Origin: an uncultured Bacteroidales bacterium | GTDB lineage: Bacteria > Bacteroidota > Bacteroidia > Bacteroidales > CAYRRV01 | DNA length: 64,000 bases | Assembly: GCA_964426725.1 (NCBI GenBank) | Contig: CAYRRV010000015.1 | Span: forward strand, 7,765-71,764 | Direction: 5' to 3' | Shown: positions 48,881-56,695 of the stretch, one piece after another | How the letters are laid out: each line of letters opens with the position of its first letter | Position numbering within the stretch: position 1 is the stretch's first letter | Position numbers and translations under genes: made by a program | The notes under the pieces: model-generated | Told to the model about the DNA's origin: nothing | The model's input: only the letters and a program-made list of their open reading frames with translations | The model's database searches: none

Positions 48881-49597
48881 TCAATTTTTATTTGTTTTTT
48901 CCATTTTTTCAATTTCACTACCAATCGGGCGATTATCAAATTTATGTGCCCCGATAGGTGTATCAAATCCTTTACCCCTTCTCATCAAAGCGCCAACAGG
49001 GCAAATAGCAACCGCTTCATCTGCTAATTCATCAGTAATTTTACCTACCAAATCGGGATCGATATTGATTTCAACCTGATGTCCGCGCTTTTTGAATGCA
49101 AAAATACTCTTGCCATTTTCATCCTTAATCCCGCGGATGCACCGTTTACATAAAATGCACCGGTTATGATCTTTCACGATCTTAGGATTATTGGCTTCCA
49201 CGTTTCTTGGATTAAACTTGTAAGGAAAACGCGGAACCATCATCTGAAACCTGTAACCCAGCGCCTGTAATTCACAGTCTCCGCTTTTCTCACACGCGGG
49301 ACAAAAATGATTACCCTCGACGAATAGTAATTCAACAATAGATTTTCTGATGTCTTGTATTTCTGCTGTTTCAGTCTCGATTTCCATTCCATCAGTAACG
49401 GGAGTGGTGCAGGATGTCATGGGACGACCATTCACGAGTACCGTGCATATGCGGCAAGCTCCCCTGGGTTTTACTCCCGGTATATTACACAAGGTAGGAA
49501 TGTAAATACCATTTTCTTTAGCAGCTTCCACGATGTAATGACCTTTCTCGGCCATGCATTCTTTTCCGTTTATAGTGAATTTTACGATTTTATTCAT
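48881..49597 (-). CDS. hoxU: diaphorase subunit HoxU (2Fe-2S plus 4Fe-4S, NuoG N-terminal-like)
   Basis: CNIPGVKPRGACRICTV 2Fe-2S motif, His-ligated cluster region (GNHFCPACEKSGDCELQ) and CILCKRCIR. Confidence 0.9.
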   Translation of the reverse strand: MNKIVKFTINGKECMAEKGHYIVEAAKENGIYIPTLCNIPGVKPRGACRICTVLVNGRPMTSCTTPVTDGMEIETETAEIQDIRKSIVELLFVEGNHFCPACEKSGDCELQALGYRFQMMVPRFPYKFNPRNVEANNPKIVKDHNRCILCKRCIRGIKDENGKSIFAFKKRGHQVEINIDPDLVGKITDELADEAVAICPVGALMRRGKGFDTPIGAHKFDNRPIGSEIEKMEKTNKN

Positions 49598-49610
49598 GAG
49601 TTTTTAACAT

Positions 49611-51425
49611 TTAATGGGTTTCAACAAATGGTTTTCTACCGGTTGCTTTAGCTGCAGCCTGAGAAGCGGAAGTAAGGTCAAAACCGGTATCAAAATCTTT
49701 TTCTTTTTGAACAAGGGAATTATAGAGCCCCCTGAAATTCCTGATGCTGGTAAGAATCGGGTTGCCCGCTGTCTGTCCGAGACCACAACGGTTTACCTTT
49801 AGCATCTTTCCCCATTCGAGCAAATCGTCTATATCAGAAGTGACCCCTTTGCCTTCCAGGATTTTTATTAATTTATCTCTCATGAGCACGGGTAATGCCC
49901 TGCAGGGAACACATGATCCACAAGATTCATCAATAAAGAAATCGGTAAAATTAAGGACGATATCTCTTAATAAATCCCGTTTTTTGCCAACAACAATTAG
50001 TGAGCCCCCGGTCGCCAGGTCCTCGTATCCCAAGGTACGACTAAAATCATTTGAACTTATGATCGAACCGGAAGGACCTCCAACCTGCACGCCCTGAACA
50101 CTATCAACATCCGCACCCACCATTTCGAGGATATCATTCACGTTGAATCCCCATTCAACCTCGTAAACGCCGGGATACTTGCAATCACCGGAAATACTAA
50201 GGAGTTTTGTTCCGGTTGACTCGGGAGTTCCGAATGATTTATACCATTCCCCGCCATTAAGCATGACTTTAACCACGCTACAGAATGTTTCAACATTGTT
50301 CACCACTGTAGGCATTTCCAGGTAACCTTTTTCCACCGGGAAAGGGGGACGGTCGCGGGGCTCGCCTCTTTTTCCTTCAGCCGATTCGATAAGCGCTGAT
50401 TCTTCACCACACACGTAAGCACCTGCACCAAACTGAATGCGTATATCGAAATTAAATCCTTTAATACCACCAATATCCTTGCCCAGGAGATTCCTGTCGC
50501 GTGCACCTTGCAAAATATTTTCAAGGTAGTTTTGCAGGTACTTGTACTCGTGACGAACATAGAGTATACCCTCGGTAGCGCCTACTGCATACGCTGCAAT
50601 TACCATACCTTCAAATAGTAACTTAGGACGTTCCGTTAGGATAACCCTGTCTTTAAAAGTACCGGGTTCACCTTCATCTGCATTACAGAAAATATATTTT
50701 TTATCTCCTTCAGCCTTTCTGCAAAATTCCCATTTTAAACCTGTCGGGAAACCAGCCCCGCCACGCCCGCGGATATTGGACGACTTAACCTCCTCAATCA
50801 CCTCCTCGGGCGACATGGTAGGCAGTTTCTTCCATACAACAATACCGGGAGTATATTCTTCTGAAAGTACCGGGCCTTTTTTGCGAATATTATTAAAAAC
50901 CATTGACTTAATTAGTTCCGTATTGTTTTTTCCATCCCCGTAGGATTCAACAATTAAATCATGCTCGGTTTTGCCATCCTTGATATCTTTCACGATTTCC
51001 TTGGCCCTGTAAGGAGTAATCTTTGTAAATACAACCCCGTTTATGATGGCTGCCGGCTCCTGATCGTTCATGCCAATGCATGCTGTATCATACAACCCAA
51101 TCAATCCATCTTCACTGACAGAACCAAAAGAACAGCCTGCCTCTTCCTCGAAGGCTTTCGCCACATCTTCCCGGCCCATCATATTAGCCACTGCGCTATT
51201 GTTCAGGTAAATGTTGAATTTACCGGTTGGTTGCATGCTAAAGAAATGGTAAAAAGAGATGGTCTGTTCCACGTCCACCTTCGAAATATCCAACTCAGCA
51301 GCGATTTCTGAAACAGCTTCATCCGAAATAAAGCCAAGTTCAGACTGTACATCAATAAGGATATCCATCAACCTGGTCTTATCCTTATTGTAATTCTCGA
51401 TAATCGATTTCACGTTTGTTGCCAT
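49611..51425 (-). CDS. hoxF: diaphorase subunit HoxF (NuoF-like with N-terminal NuoE-like domain)
   Basis: RGRGGAGFPTGLKWE, GAGAYVCGEESALIESAEG and ESCGSCVPCR NuoF motifs. The N-terminal NuoE-like domain lacks the 2Fe-2S cysteines (IYLNNSAVANMMG versus ICTGTACYVRG in HydC). Confidence 0.9.
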   Translation of the reverse strand: MATNVKSIIENYNKDKTRLMDILIDVQSELGFISDEAVSEIAAELDISKVDVEQTISFYHFFSMQPTGKFNIYLNNSAVANMMGREDVAKAFEEEAGCSFGSVSEDGLIGLYDTACIGMNDQEPAAIINGVVFTKITPYRAKEIVKDIKDGKTEHDLIVESYGDGKNNTELIKSMVFNNIRKKGPVLSEEYTPGIVVWKKLPTMSPEEVIEEVKSSNIRGRGGAGFPTGLKWEFCRKAEGDKKYIFCNADEGEPGTFKDRVILTERPKLLFEGMVIAAYAVGATEGILYVRHEYKYLQNYLENILQGARDRNLLGKDIGGIKGFNFDIRIQFGAGAYVCGEESALIESAEGKRGEPRDRPPFPVEKGYLEMPTVVNNVETFCSVVKVMLNGGEWYKSFGTPESTGTKLLSISGDCKYPGVYEVEWGFNVNDILEMVGADVDSVQGVQVGGPSGSIISSNDFSRTLGYEDLATGGSLIVVGKKRDLLRDIVLNFTDFFIDESCGSCVPCRALPVLMRDKLIKILEGKGVTSDIDDLLEWGKMLKVNRCGLGQTAGNPILTSIRNFRGLYNSLVQKEKDFDTGFDLTSASQAAAKATGRKPFVETH

Positions 51426-51436
51426 AGATCCTTAAA

Positions 51437-52084
51437 TTATTTTTTATTACTTATTGTATATTTATTTGGTTTTTCTGTATTATTAATAAAATACACGAGA
51501 TTAGTAAGCTCATGTTCAATATTGATGTTACGCACGTGCACCGCATCATTCCCCTTCAATATAACCGGAGTGAAATTTAAAACACCTTTTATGCCTGCCC
51601 TTTTTAAATTTTCAAAAGTTTCAACCGCAACGAGAGCAGGTACTGCTAATACGGCCAATCGAATGTCATTACCCGATACGAATTCTTCCAGAAGATCCAT
51701 GTGATAAACCGGCACTGAAGATTTTTCATCAATTTTTTTACTGTCAATATCAAAACCTGCCACGATAAATATGGAATCTTCCTGGAATTGCTTAAAATGC
51801 ATCAATGCTTGTCCGATTCTGCCGGTTCCGATAATAATTATCCTTTGTGGTTCTTTTAACCCGATTATCCTGTCAATTTTTTCAATAATACCATCAATAT
51901 GGTATCCTCCTTTCTGAATACCGGTTATGCCAAACAAACTAAAATCTTTTCTTACCAGGGATGATGAAATATCAAGGGCCTCGGCAATGTTATCCGAAAA
52001 AACCCGAATAAATCCCATGGCTTTAAATCTGGTTAGCAAAGATTTATATGAAGTTAACCGTAATATTCTTTCCTTCTCACTCAT
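51437..52084 (-). CDS. rex: redox-sensing transcriptional repressor Rex
   Basis: RLTSYKSLL..., winged-helix region SDNIAEALDISSSLVRKDFSLFG and Rossmann IIGTGRIGQAL. 11 nt upstream of hoxF. Confidence 0.9.
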   Translation of the reverse strand: MSEKERILRLTSYKSLLTRFKAMGFIRVFSDNIAEALDISSSLVRKDFSLFGITGIQKGGYHIDGIIEKIDRIIGLKEPQRIIIIGTGRIGQALMHFKQFQEDSIFIVAGFDIDSKKIDEKSSVPVYHMDLLEEFVSGNDIRLAVLAVPALVAVETFENLKRAGIKGVLNFTPVILKGNDAVHVRNINIEHELTNLVYFINNTEKPNKYTISNKK

Positions 52085-52349
52085 TATTTGTTACGATAAT
52101 AACTTTTTATCATGTTTTTGTAACTTATTTTAAGCTTTTTGGTCAAATTTAATTTATTGGCATAACATATTTTCAAAAAGCTTCTTTAGAATGATTTTAA
52201 ATTTTATCCATAAAAAAAAAGAAATATTCGTTTTACCTGAAATGTAAAAAAAAACCCATAATTTTGTTTTTTATTTTTCATTTAAATTCCTAAATAACAG
52301 AATCATAACCAAAGATAGCTATTGATTAATTTAGAATGATATTAAATTA

Positions 52350-52384
52350 TTGTTATTTTAATAACAATGTTATTTTAATAACAA
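52350..52384. promoter_or_regulatory. two tandem Rex-operator-like palindromes between rex-hox and the hyd cluster
   Basis: TTGTTATTTTAATAACAA (52350-52367) and ATGTTATTTTAATAACAA (52367-52384). Each matches the TTGTTAA-N4-TTAACAA type in 12 or 11 of 14 specified positions. They lie about 75-105 nt upstream of the first hyd-cluster gene. Confidence 0.55.
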
Positions 52385-52462
52385 TAAATTATTTATCTTT
52401 GTGTTAATATTATGTGCAGGTAAATAATCAATTTTCTGTTATAATTTTAACACAACTTGAAG

Positions 52463-52807
52463 ATGAAGGTAGAAGATGTAATTAATGTGCTGAATGCCAA
52501 AATTATTTGTGGAGAAGAAAATCTTGGGCAGGAAGTGCAGGCAGCTTTTGCATCAGATTTAATGAGTGATGTGTTAACACTTGAAAACGGGAATATCCTG
52601 CTTATTACCGGACTGGCAAATACGCAAGCCATCAGAACGGCTGAAATGTCAGATATTAAGCATATTGTCATAGTGCGAAATAAAAAAGCAACAGGAGAAA
52701 TGATTGAACTTGCCAGGGAAAATGGAATGACCTTGCTGGAATGTCACGGGACCATGTTCAAAGCATCGGGACTTTTGTTTTGTGCTGGTTTAAAACCTGT
52801 TTACTGA
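52463..52807 (+). CDS. DRTGG domain protein (copy 1)
   Basis: 114 aa from the ATG at 52463 (the track starts at TTG 52457). MKVEDVINVLNAKIICGEENL...ASDLMSDVL...LLITGL is paralogous to the 54601 gene. Confidence 0.8.
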   Translation: MKVEDVINVLNAKIICGEENLGQEVQAAFASDLMSDVLTLENGNILLITGLANTQAIRTAEMSDIKHIVIVRNKKATGEMIELARENGMTLLECHGTMFKASGLLFCAGLKPVY

Positions 52808-52813
52808 TTAGGA

Positions 52814-53236
52814 ATGCATTTTGAATATAAAGTTGAAGGCGGAAATTTCACGGAAGCGGGTAAAGCATCCAGCGAGATTAAAAAGGTTTTAAAAAAACTG
52901 AATGTAAATGGCACCATCATAAAAAAAACCGTGGTGGCACTTTACGAGGCTGAAGTAAATATTGTCGCCCATGCTTACAAGGGAACCATCAAGGTAGATA
53001 TCAGTACTGATATGATAACAATGGTATTGCAAGATGAGGGACCAGGTATAGCAGATATTGAACAGGCCATGCAGGAAGGATACTCGACAGCTTCAGAGGA
53101 AGTAAGAGAGATGGGATTTGGAGCAGGAATGGGACTTCCAAATATCAAGAAAAATGCAGATTCACTTGAAATCCAAAGTGATGTTGATGTTGGTACGATA
53201 GTAAAAATTGAAATAAAACTTACAAGAAATGCATAA
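52814..53236 (+). CDS. small GHKL ATPase (anti-sigma-factor/Ser-Thr-kinase-like, RsbW/SpoIIAB-type)
   Basis: 140 aa. N-box EAEVNIVAHA, G1 DEGPGI, G2 GFGAGMGLPNI. No DHp/His domain. Confidence 0.8.
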   Translation: MHFEYKVEGGNFTEAGKASSEIKKVLKKLNVNGTIIKKTVVALYEAEVNIVAHAYKGTIKVDISTDMITMVLQDEGPGIADIEQAMQEGYSTASEEVREMGFGAGMGLPNIKKNADSLEIQSDVDVGTIVKIEIKLTRNA

Positions 53237-54614
53237 TGCAAACAATACCACGGTTCCTTTTTATCACGCGCTTAGCGTGTTGGAAGAGGTGTGTATTGGT
53301 TGTTCCAGGTGCATGAGGGTTTGTCCGACTGAAGCGATAAGAGTTAAAGATGGGAAAGCCAGGATAAATGCCAATAAATGCGTGGATTGTGGTGAATGCT
53401 ACAAAGTATGTCCCGTGTCAGCTATCGTGGTTAAACAAGATGATCTGGATCAGATTTTTAATTACAAACGCAAAGTTGCACTGATACCAGCCGTTTTCAC
53501 CGCGCAATTTCCTGAAAATATAAACAGGGACCTTATATACGCGGCACTGAAAGAAATCGGATTTACAGATATATACGAGGTTGAAAACGCTGTAGCAACA
53601 ATTATCAGGGCTAATCAGGAATTGAATGCAGAAAGCAGACAAGATAACCCTGCCTTTATCTCTGCTTTTTGTCCGGCAGTTGTTCGTCTGATTCAGGTTA
53701 AATTTCCTGATCTGGTTGACAAAATTATACCAGTAAAACCACCTGTTGATATTGCTGCTTTACAGGTGAAAAAATTACTGCAAAAAGAAGGTGTACAAGG
53801 CATTGACATAGGTCTTTTCTACTTCACTCCATGCGCCGCGAAAATTGCAGCTGTGAAAACTCCTGTTGGAGATGATGCAACCAGGGTCAATGGTGTGATT
53901 AACATGGATCTCATGTACAATAAGGTTTTAAGAATCTTGAAACATTCAGGGACAGAAGATAATTTGAATCAAACTGAATTCAAGGGATGTCACGGGGCAG
54001 AATGGAGTCTTACAAAGGGTGAGTCTTCATATTTCGAAGGGAGATGCCTTTCTATTGATGGAATAAATAATGTCATCGAATTTCTTGAAAAAGTTGAAGA
54101 TGGCGATATGAACCAAATTGATTACCTGGAACTCAGGGCATGTGACGAGAGTTGTGCCGGTGGAATCCTGGTTTCCGAAAACAGGTTTCTCACAACTGAA
54201 AGACTAAGGGAAAAAGTTAAAGCTCAAAAAGAAAAAGAAATAAGATCGATCACGGAAGATGAAAAATACTTTGCTGAACATGCCAGGTTAAAACCGATAA
54301 AACCCCGCTCCATTGATCCCCTGGATGAAGATATCGCGGTGGCCATGGAAAAAATGAAGAAGATAAGAAAAATTCTTTGTTTCCTGCCCGGATTTGACTG
54401 TGGAGCATGTGGCGCTCCCGGATGTCAGGCATTAGCCGAAGATATCGTGAATAATGAAGCTAATTTGTCCCATTGTATTTTCATGCAAAAAGTTATGGAG
54501 AAAAATAAAAAACTGAGCCCCGAGCACAGCTTGAATATCATTGAAAAAATTTGGGGTAAAGACAGGTTGGATAAAAATTGTAATAAAAAAGGTGCAGGAG
54601 ATGACAGTTTCTGA
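53229..54614 (+). CDS. [FeFe]-hydrogenase-like protein, putative sensory (HydS-like) with C-terminal Fe-S domain
   Basis: 2x CxxCxxCxxxCP. H-domain-like motifs SAFCPAV / TPCAAK / ELRACDESCAGG (cluster Cys kept, proton-relay Cys lost). C-terminal CFLPGFDCGACGAPGC (C-x6-C-x2-C-x4-C). Confidence 0.8.
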   Translation: MHNANNTTVPFYHALSVLEEVCIGCSRCMRVCPTEAIRVKDGKARINANKCVDCGECYKVCPVSAIVVKQDDLDQIFNYKRKVALIPAVFTAQFPENINRDLIYAALKEIGFTDIYEVENAVATIIRANQELNAESRQDNPAFISAFCPAVVRLIQVKFPDLVDKIIPVKPPVDIAALQVKKLLQKEGVQGIDIGLFYFTPCAAKIAAVKTPVGDDATRVNGVINMDLMYNKVLRILKHSGTEDNLNQTEFKGCHGAEWSLTKGESSYFEGRCLSIDGINNVIEFLEKVEDGDMNQIDYLELRACDESCAGGILVSENRFLTTERLREKVKAQKEKEIRSITEDEKYFAEHARLKPIKPRSIDPLDEDIAVAMEKMKKIRKILCFLPGFDCGACGAPGCQALAEDIVNNEANLSHCIFMQKVMEKNKKLSPEHSLNIIEKIWGKDRLDKNCNKKGAGDDSF

Positions 54615-54945
54615 TATAGTAAAAGAATTGAGATTAAAAGTTCTGGCGGGCGCTAACGGACTGGATAAGGAAATCACTGGCGGGTACGCGTCCGATTTAC
54701 TTAGTGATGTCATGGGAAACGCGGATGCCGGCAAGATATGGATCACGTTGCAAACGCATAAGAACGTGATAGCAGTCGCCTCATTAAAAGATTTAAGTGG
54801 TGTGCTCCTCGTGAATGGATTAAAACCCAATAGCGACATGGCCCAAAAAAGCAACGAGGAAAAAATCCCGGTATTAGGTACAAATGCAGGTGCTTTTGAA
54901 ATTGCCGGTGAATTTTATAAATTGCTGGAAGAAAGGAAAAAATGA
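54601..54945 (+). CDS. DRTGG domain protein (copy 2)
   Basis: The ATG at 54601 gives MTVSDIVKELRLKVLAGANGL...ASDLLSDVMG. 114 aa. Overlaps the previous gene by 14 nt. Confidence 0.8.
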   Translation: MTVSDIVKELRLKVLAGANGLDKEITGGYASDLLSDVMGNADAGKIWITLQTHKNVIAVASLKDLSGVLLVNGLKPNSDMAQKSNEEKIPVLGTNAGAFEIAGEFYKLLEERKK

Positions 54946-55685
54946 AAAAATACAGGGCTGATTTACATATTCACACGGTGCTCTCGCCCTGCGGGTCACT
55001 TGAAATGTCACCAGCCCGGATCGTTGAAAAGGCAGCAGAAAAAGGACTGGATATCATCGGGATAACCGATCACAACAGCACACTGCACTGCAAGTTAATT
55101 GAGACGATAGCCCTGGAAAAAGGCATTATGGTACTGAAAGGTGCCGAAGTAGCAACAAAAGAAGAGGTTCATTGCCTGGTGTTCTTTGAAAAAGATGAAG
55201 AATTGAATGCTTTTCAGCAGTTCATGGAAAAAAAAATGCCAGGGATCCGTAATAATCCAAGATTATTCGGATACCAGGTAGTAGTCGATCGAGAAGAGAA
55301 TATCCATAAAGAAGTGGATAATTTACTTATCGCCGGTTTAAAAGCAGGTATAGATGAAATCTCGGAGGTGGTGAAATCTTTGAATGGGATGTTTATTCCG
55401 GCTCACGTGAACCGGGAAAAAAACAGCATTATCAGTCAGATGGGATTTATCCCTGATGATTTATTTTACGATGCCTTGGAACTTTCCAGGCACATTACCG
55501 TAAACGAGTTCATCAGGCTTCACCCTGAACTGGCTGACAGCACGTTTATCCGTAGTTCGGATGCACATTATCCTGATGATATAGGATATGCATTTACCTG
55601 CTTCGAGATGGAAGACAGATCATTCAGCGAAATTCGAATGGCTTTACATGAAACGGAAAACAGGAGGGTAATAACGGATGAATAA
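54942..55685 (+). CDS. PHP-domain phosphoesterase
   Basis: ADLHIHTVLSPCG...GITDHNS...PAHV...SDAH metal-ligand pattern of PHP domains. ATGA overlap with the upstream gene. Confidence 0.85.
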   Translation: MKKYRADLHIHTVLSPCGSLEMSPARIVEKAAEKGLDIIGITDHNSTLHCKLIETIALEKGIMVLKGAEVATKEEVHCLVFFEKDEELNAFQQFMEKKMPGIRNNPRLFGYQVVVDREENIHKEVDNLLIAGLKAGIDEISEVVKSLNGMFIPAHVNREKNSIISQMGFIPDDLFYDALELSRHITVNEFIRLHPELADSTFIRSSDAHYPDDIGYAFTCFEMEDRSFSEIRMALHETENRRVITDE

Positions 55686-56226
55686 CCTGGCTTTACATAT
55701 CCTGGATATCGTGCAAAATTCAATTACGGCTTCTGCCAGCGAAGTGCAAATACTGATCAAGGAAAGTGCAAGGGAAAATATTTACAGGATAACCATTATC
55801 GACAACGGGAGGGGAATGAAAAAAGAATGGGCTGAGTTAGTAACTGATCCCTACACGACAAGCAGGAAAACAAGAAAAGTCGGGTTAGGTTTACCCCTTT
55901 TAAAACAGAATGCTGAAAGCACGGGTGGATTTCTCCGGGTTGAATCAGCGGAAGGAAAAGGTACCAGGGTCGTGGCCGAGTTTAAAAAAGATCATATCGA
56001 CAGACCCCCAGCGGGCGATTTGCCAGGTATCCTTAAAATTATCGTTGCCGGAAACCCGGGTTTGAATCTTGTATACAAACATACCACGGGAAAGGGTACA
56101 TACATGTTTGATACAGACGGGGTAAAAAAAATGCTTGATAATGTCCCGATTAATGAACCTAAAATTCTTCAGGCTTTGAAAGAAATGATAAAAGTAAACC
56201 TGCAGGAAATAAATGCAGAAGAATGA
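55678..56226 (+). CDS. GHKL ATPase domain protein (second, 182 aa)
   Basis: HILDIVQNS (N-box), DNGRGM (G1) and GLGLPLL (G2), followed by an ~80-aa extension. No His-phosphotransfer domain. Confidence 0.8.
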   Translation: MNNLALHILDIVQNSITASASEVQILIKESARENIYRITIIDNGRGMKKEWAELVTDPYTTSRKTRKVGLGLPLLKQNAESTGGFLRVESAEGKGTRVVAEFKKDHIDRPPAGDLPGILKIIVAGNPGLNLVYKHTTGKGTYMFDTDGVKKMLDNVPINEPKILQALKEMIKVNLQEINAEE

Positions 56227-56277
56227 TAGAAAAGACTGTTAAAATAATGATAAATATATTAAAAAGTAAAAATTAAA

Positions 56278-56676
56278 ATGGCAAAAGTTAAATCACTGGA
56301 AGATTTAAAAAAACTTCAGGGAGAATTGCAGAAGAAGGTGCAACTAAGAGAAAATAGTGACCATCCTGAAAATGTAGTTCAGGTAAAGGTTGCTATGGCG
56401 ACTTGCGGTATTGCGTCAGGCGCGAAAGATACCATGGAGTATCTGATTGACGAACTGGATAAAAGAAATATTGAAGCAGTGGTTACACAAACCGGTTGCA
56501 TGGGATATTGCTATGCTGAACCCACTGTTGAAATTACACTTCCCGGGAAAGATCCAATTGTTTATGGAAATGTTGATACCCGAAAAGCAGATGAATTAAT
56601 TGAAAAGTACATCAAGAACGGGGAGTTGGTAGACGGTATTATACCTGATAATTACGAAACCATTGATTCAAAATAA
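56278..56676 (+). CDS. thioredoxin-like [2Fe-2S] ferredoxin
   Basis: 132 aa. VAMATCGIASGA...TGCMGYCYAEP cysteine pattern of (2Fe-2S) ferredoxin-domain proteins found in hydrogenase operons. Confidence 0.8.
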   Translation: MAKVKSLEDLKKLQGELQKKVQLRENSDHPENVVQVKVAMATCGIASGAKDTMEYLIDELDKRNIEAVVTQTGCMGYCYAEPTVEITLPGKDPIVYGNVDTRKADELIEKYIKNGELVDGIIPDNYETIDSK

Positions 56677-56695
56677 AAACAGGAGGATTTCAGAA

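Noticed and set aside
52340-52392. Short tandem repeat ATTGTTATTTTAATAACAAT x2 that looked superficially like a mini CRISPR/direct-repeat array
   Set aside because: There are only two units, each an internal palindrome, with no spacers and no cas genes. It is better explained as tandem operator sites.
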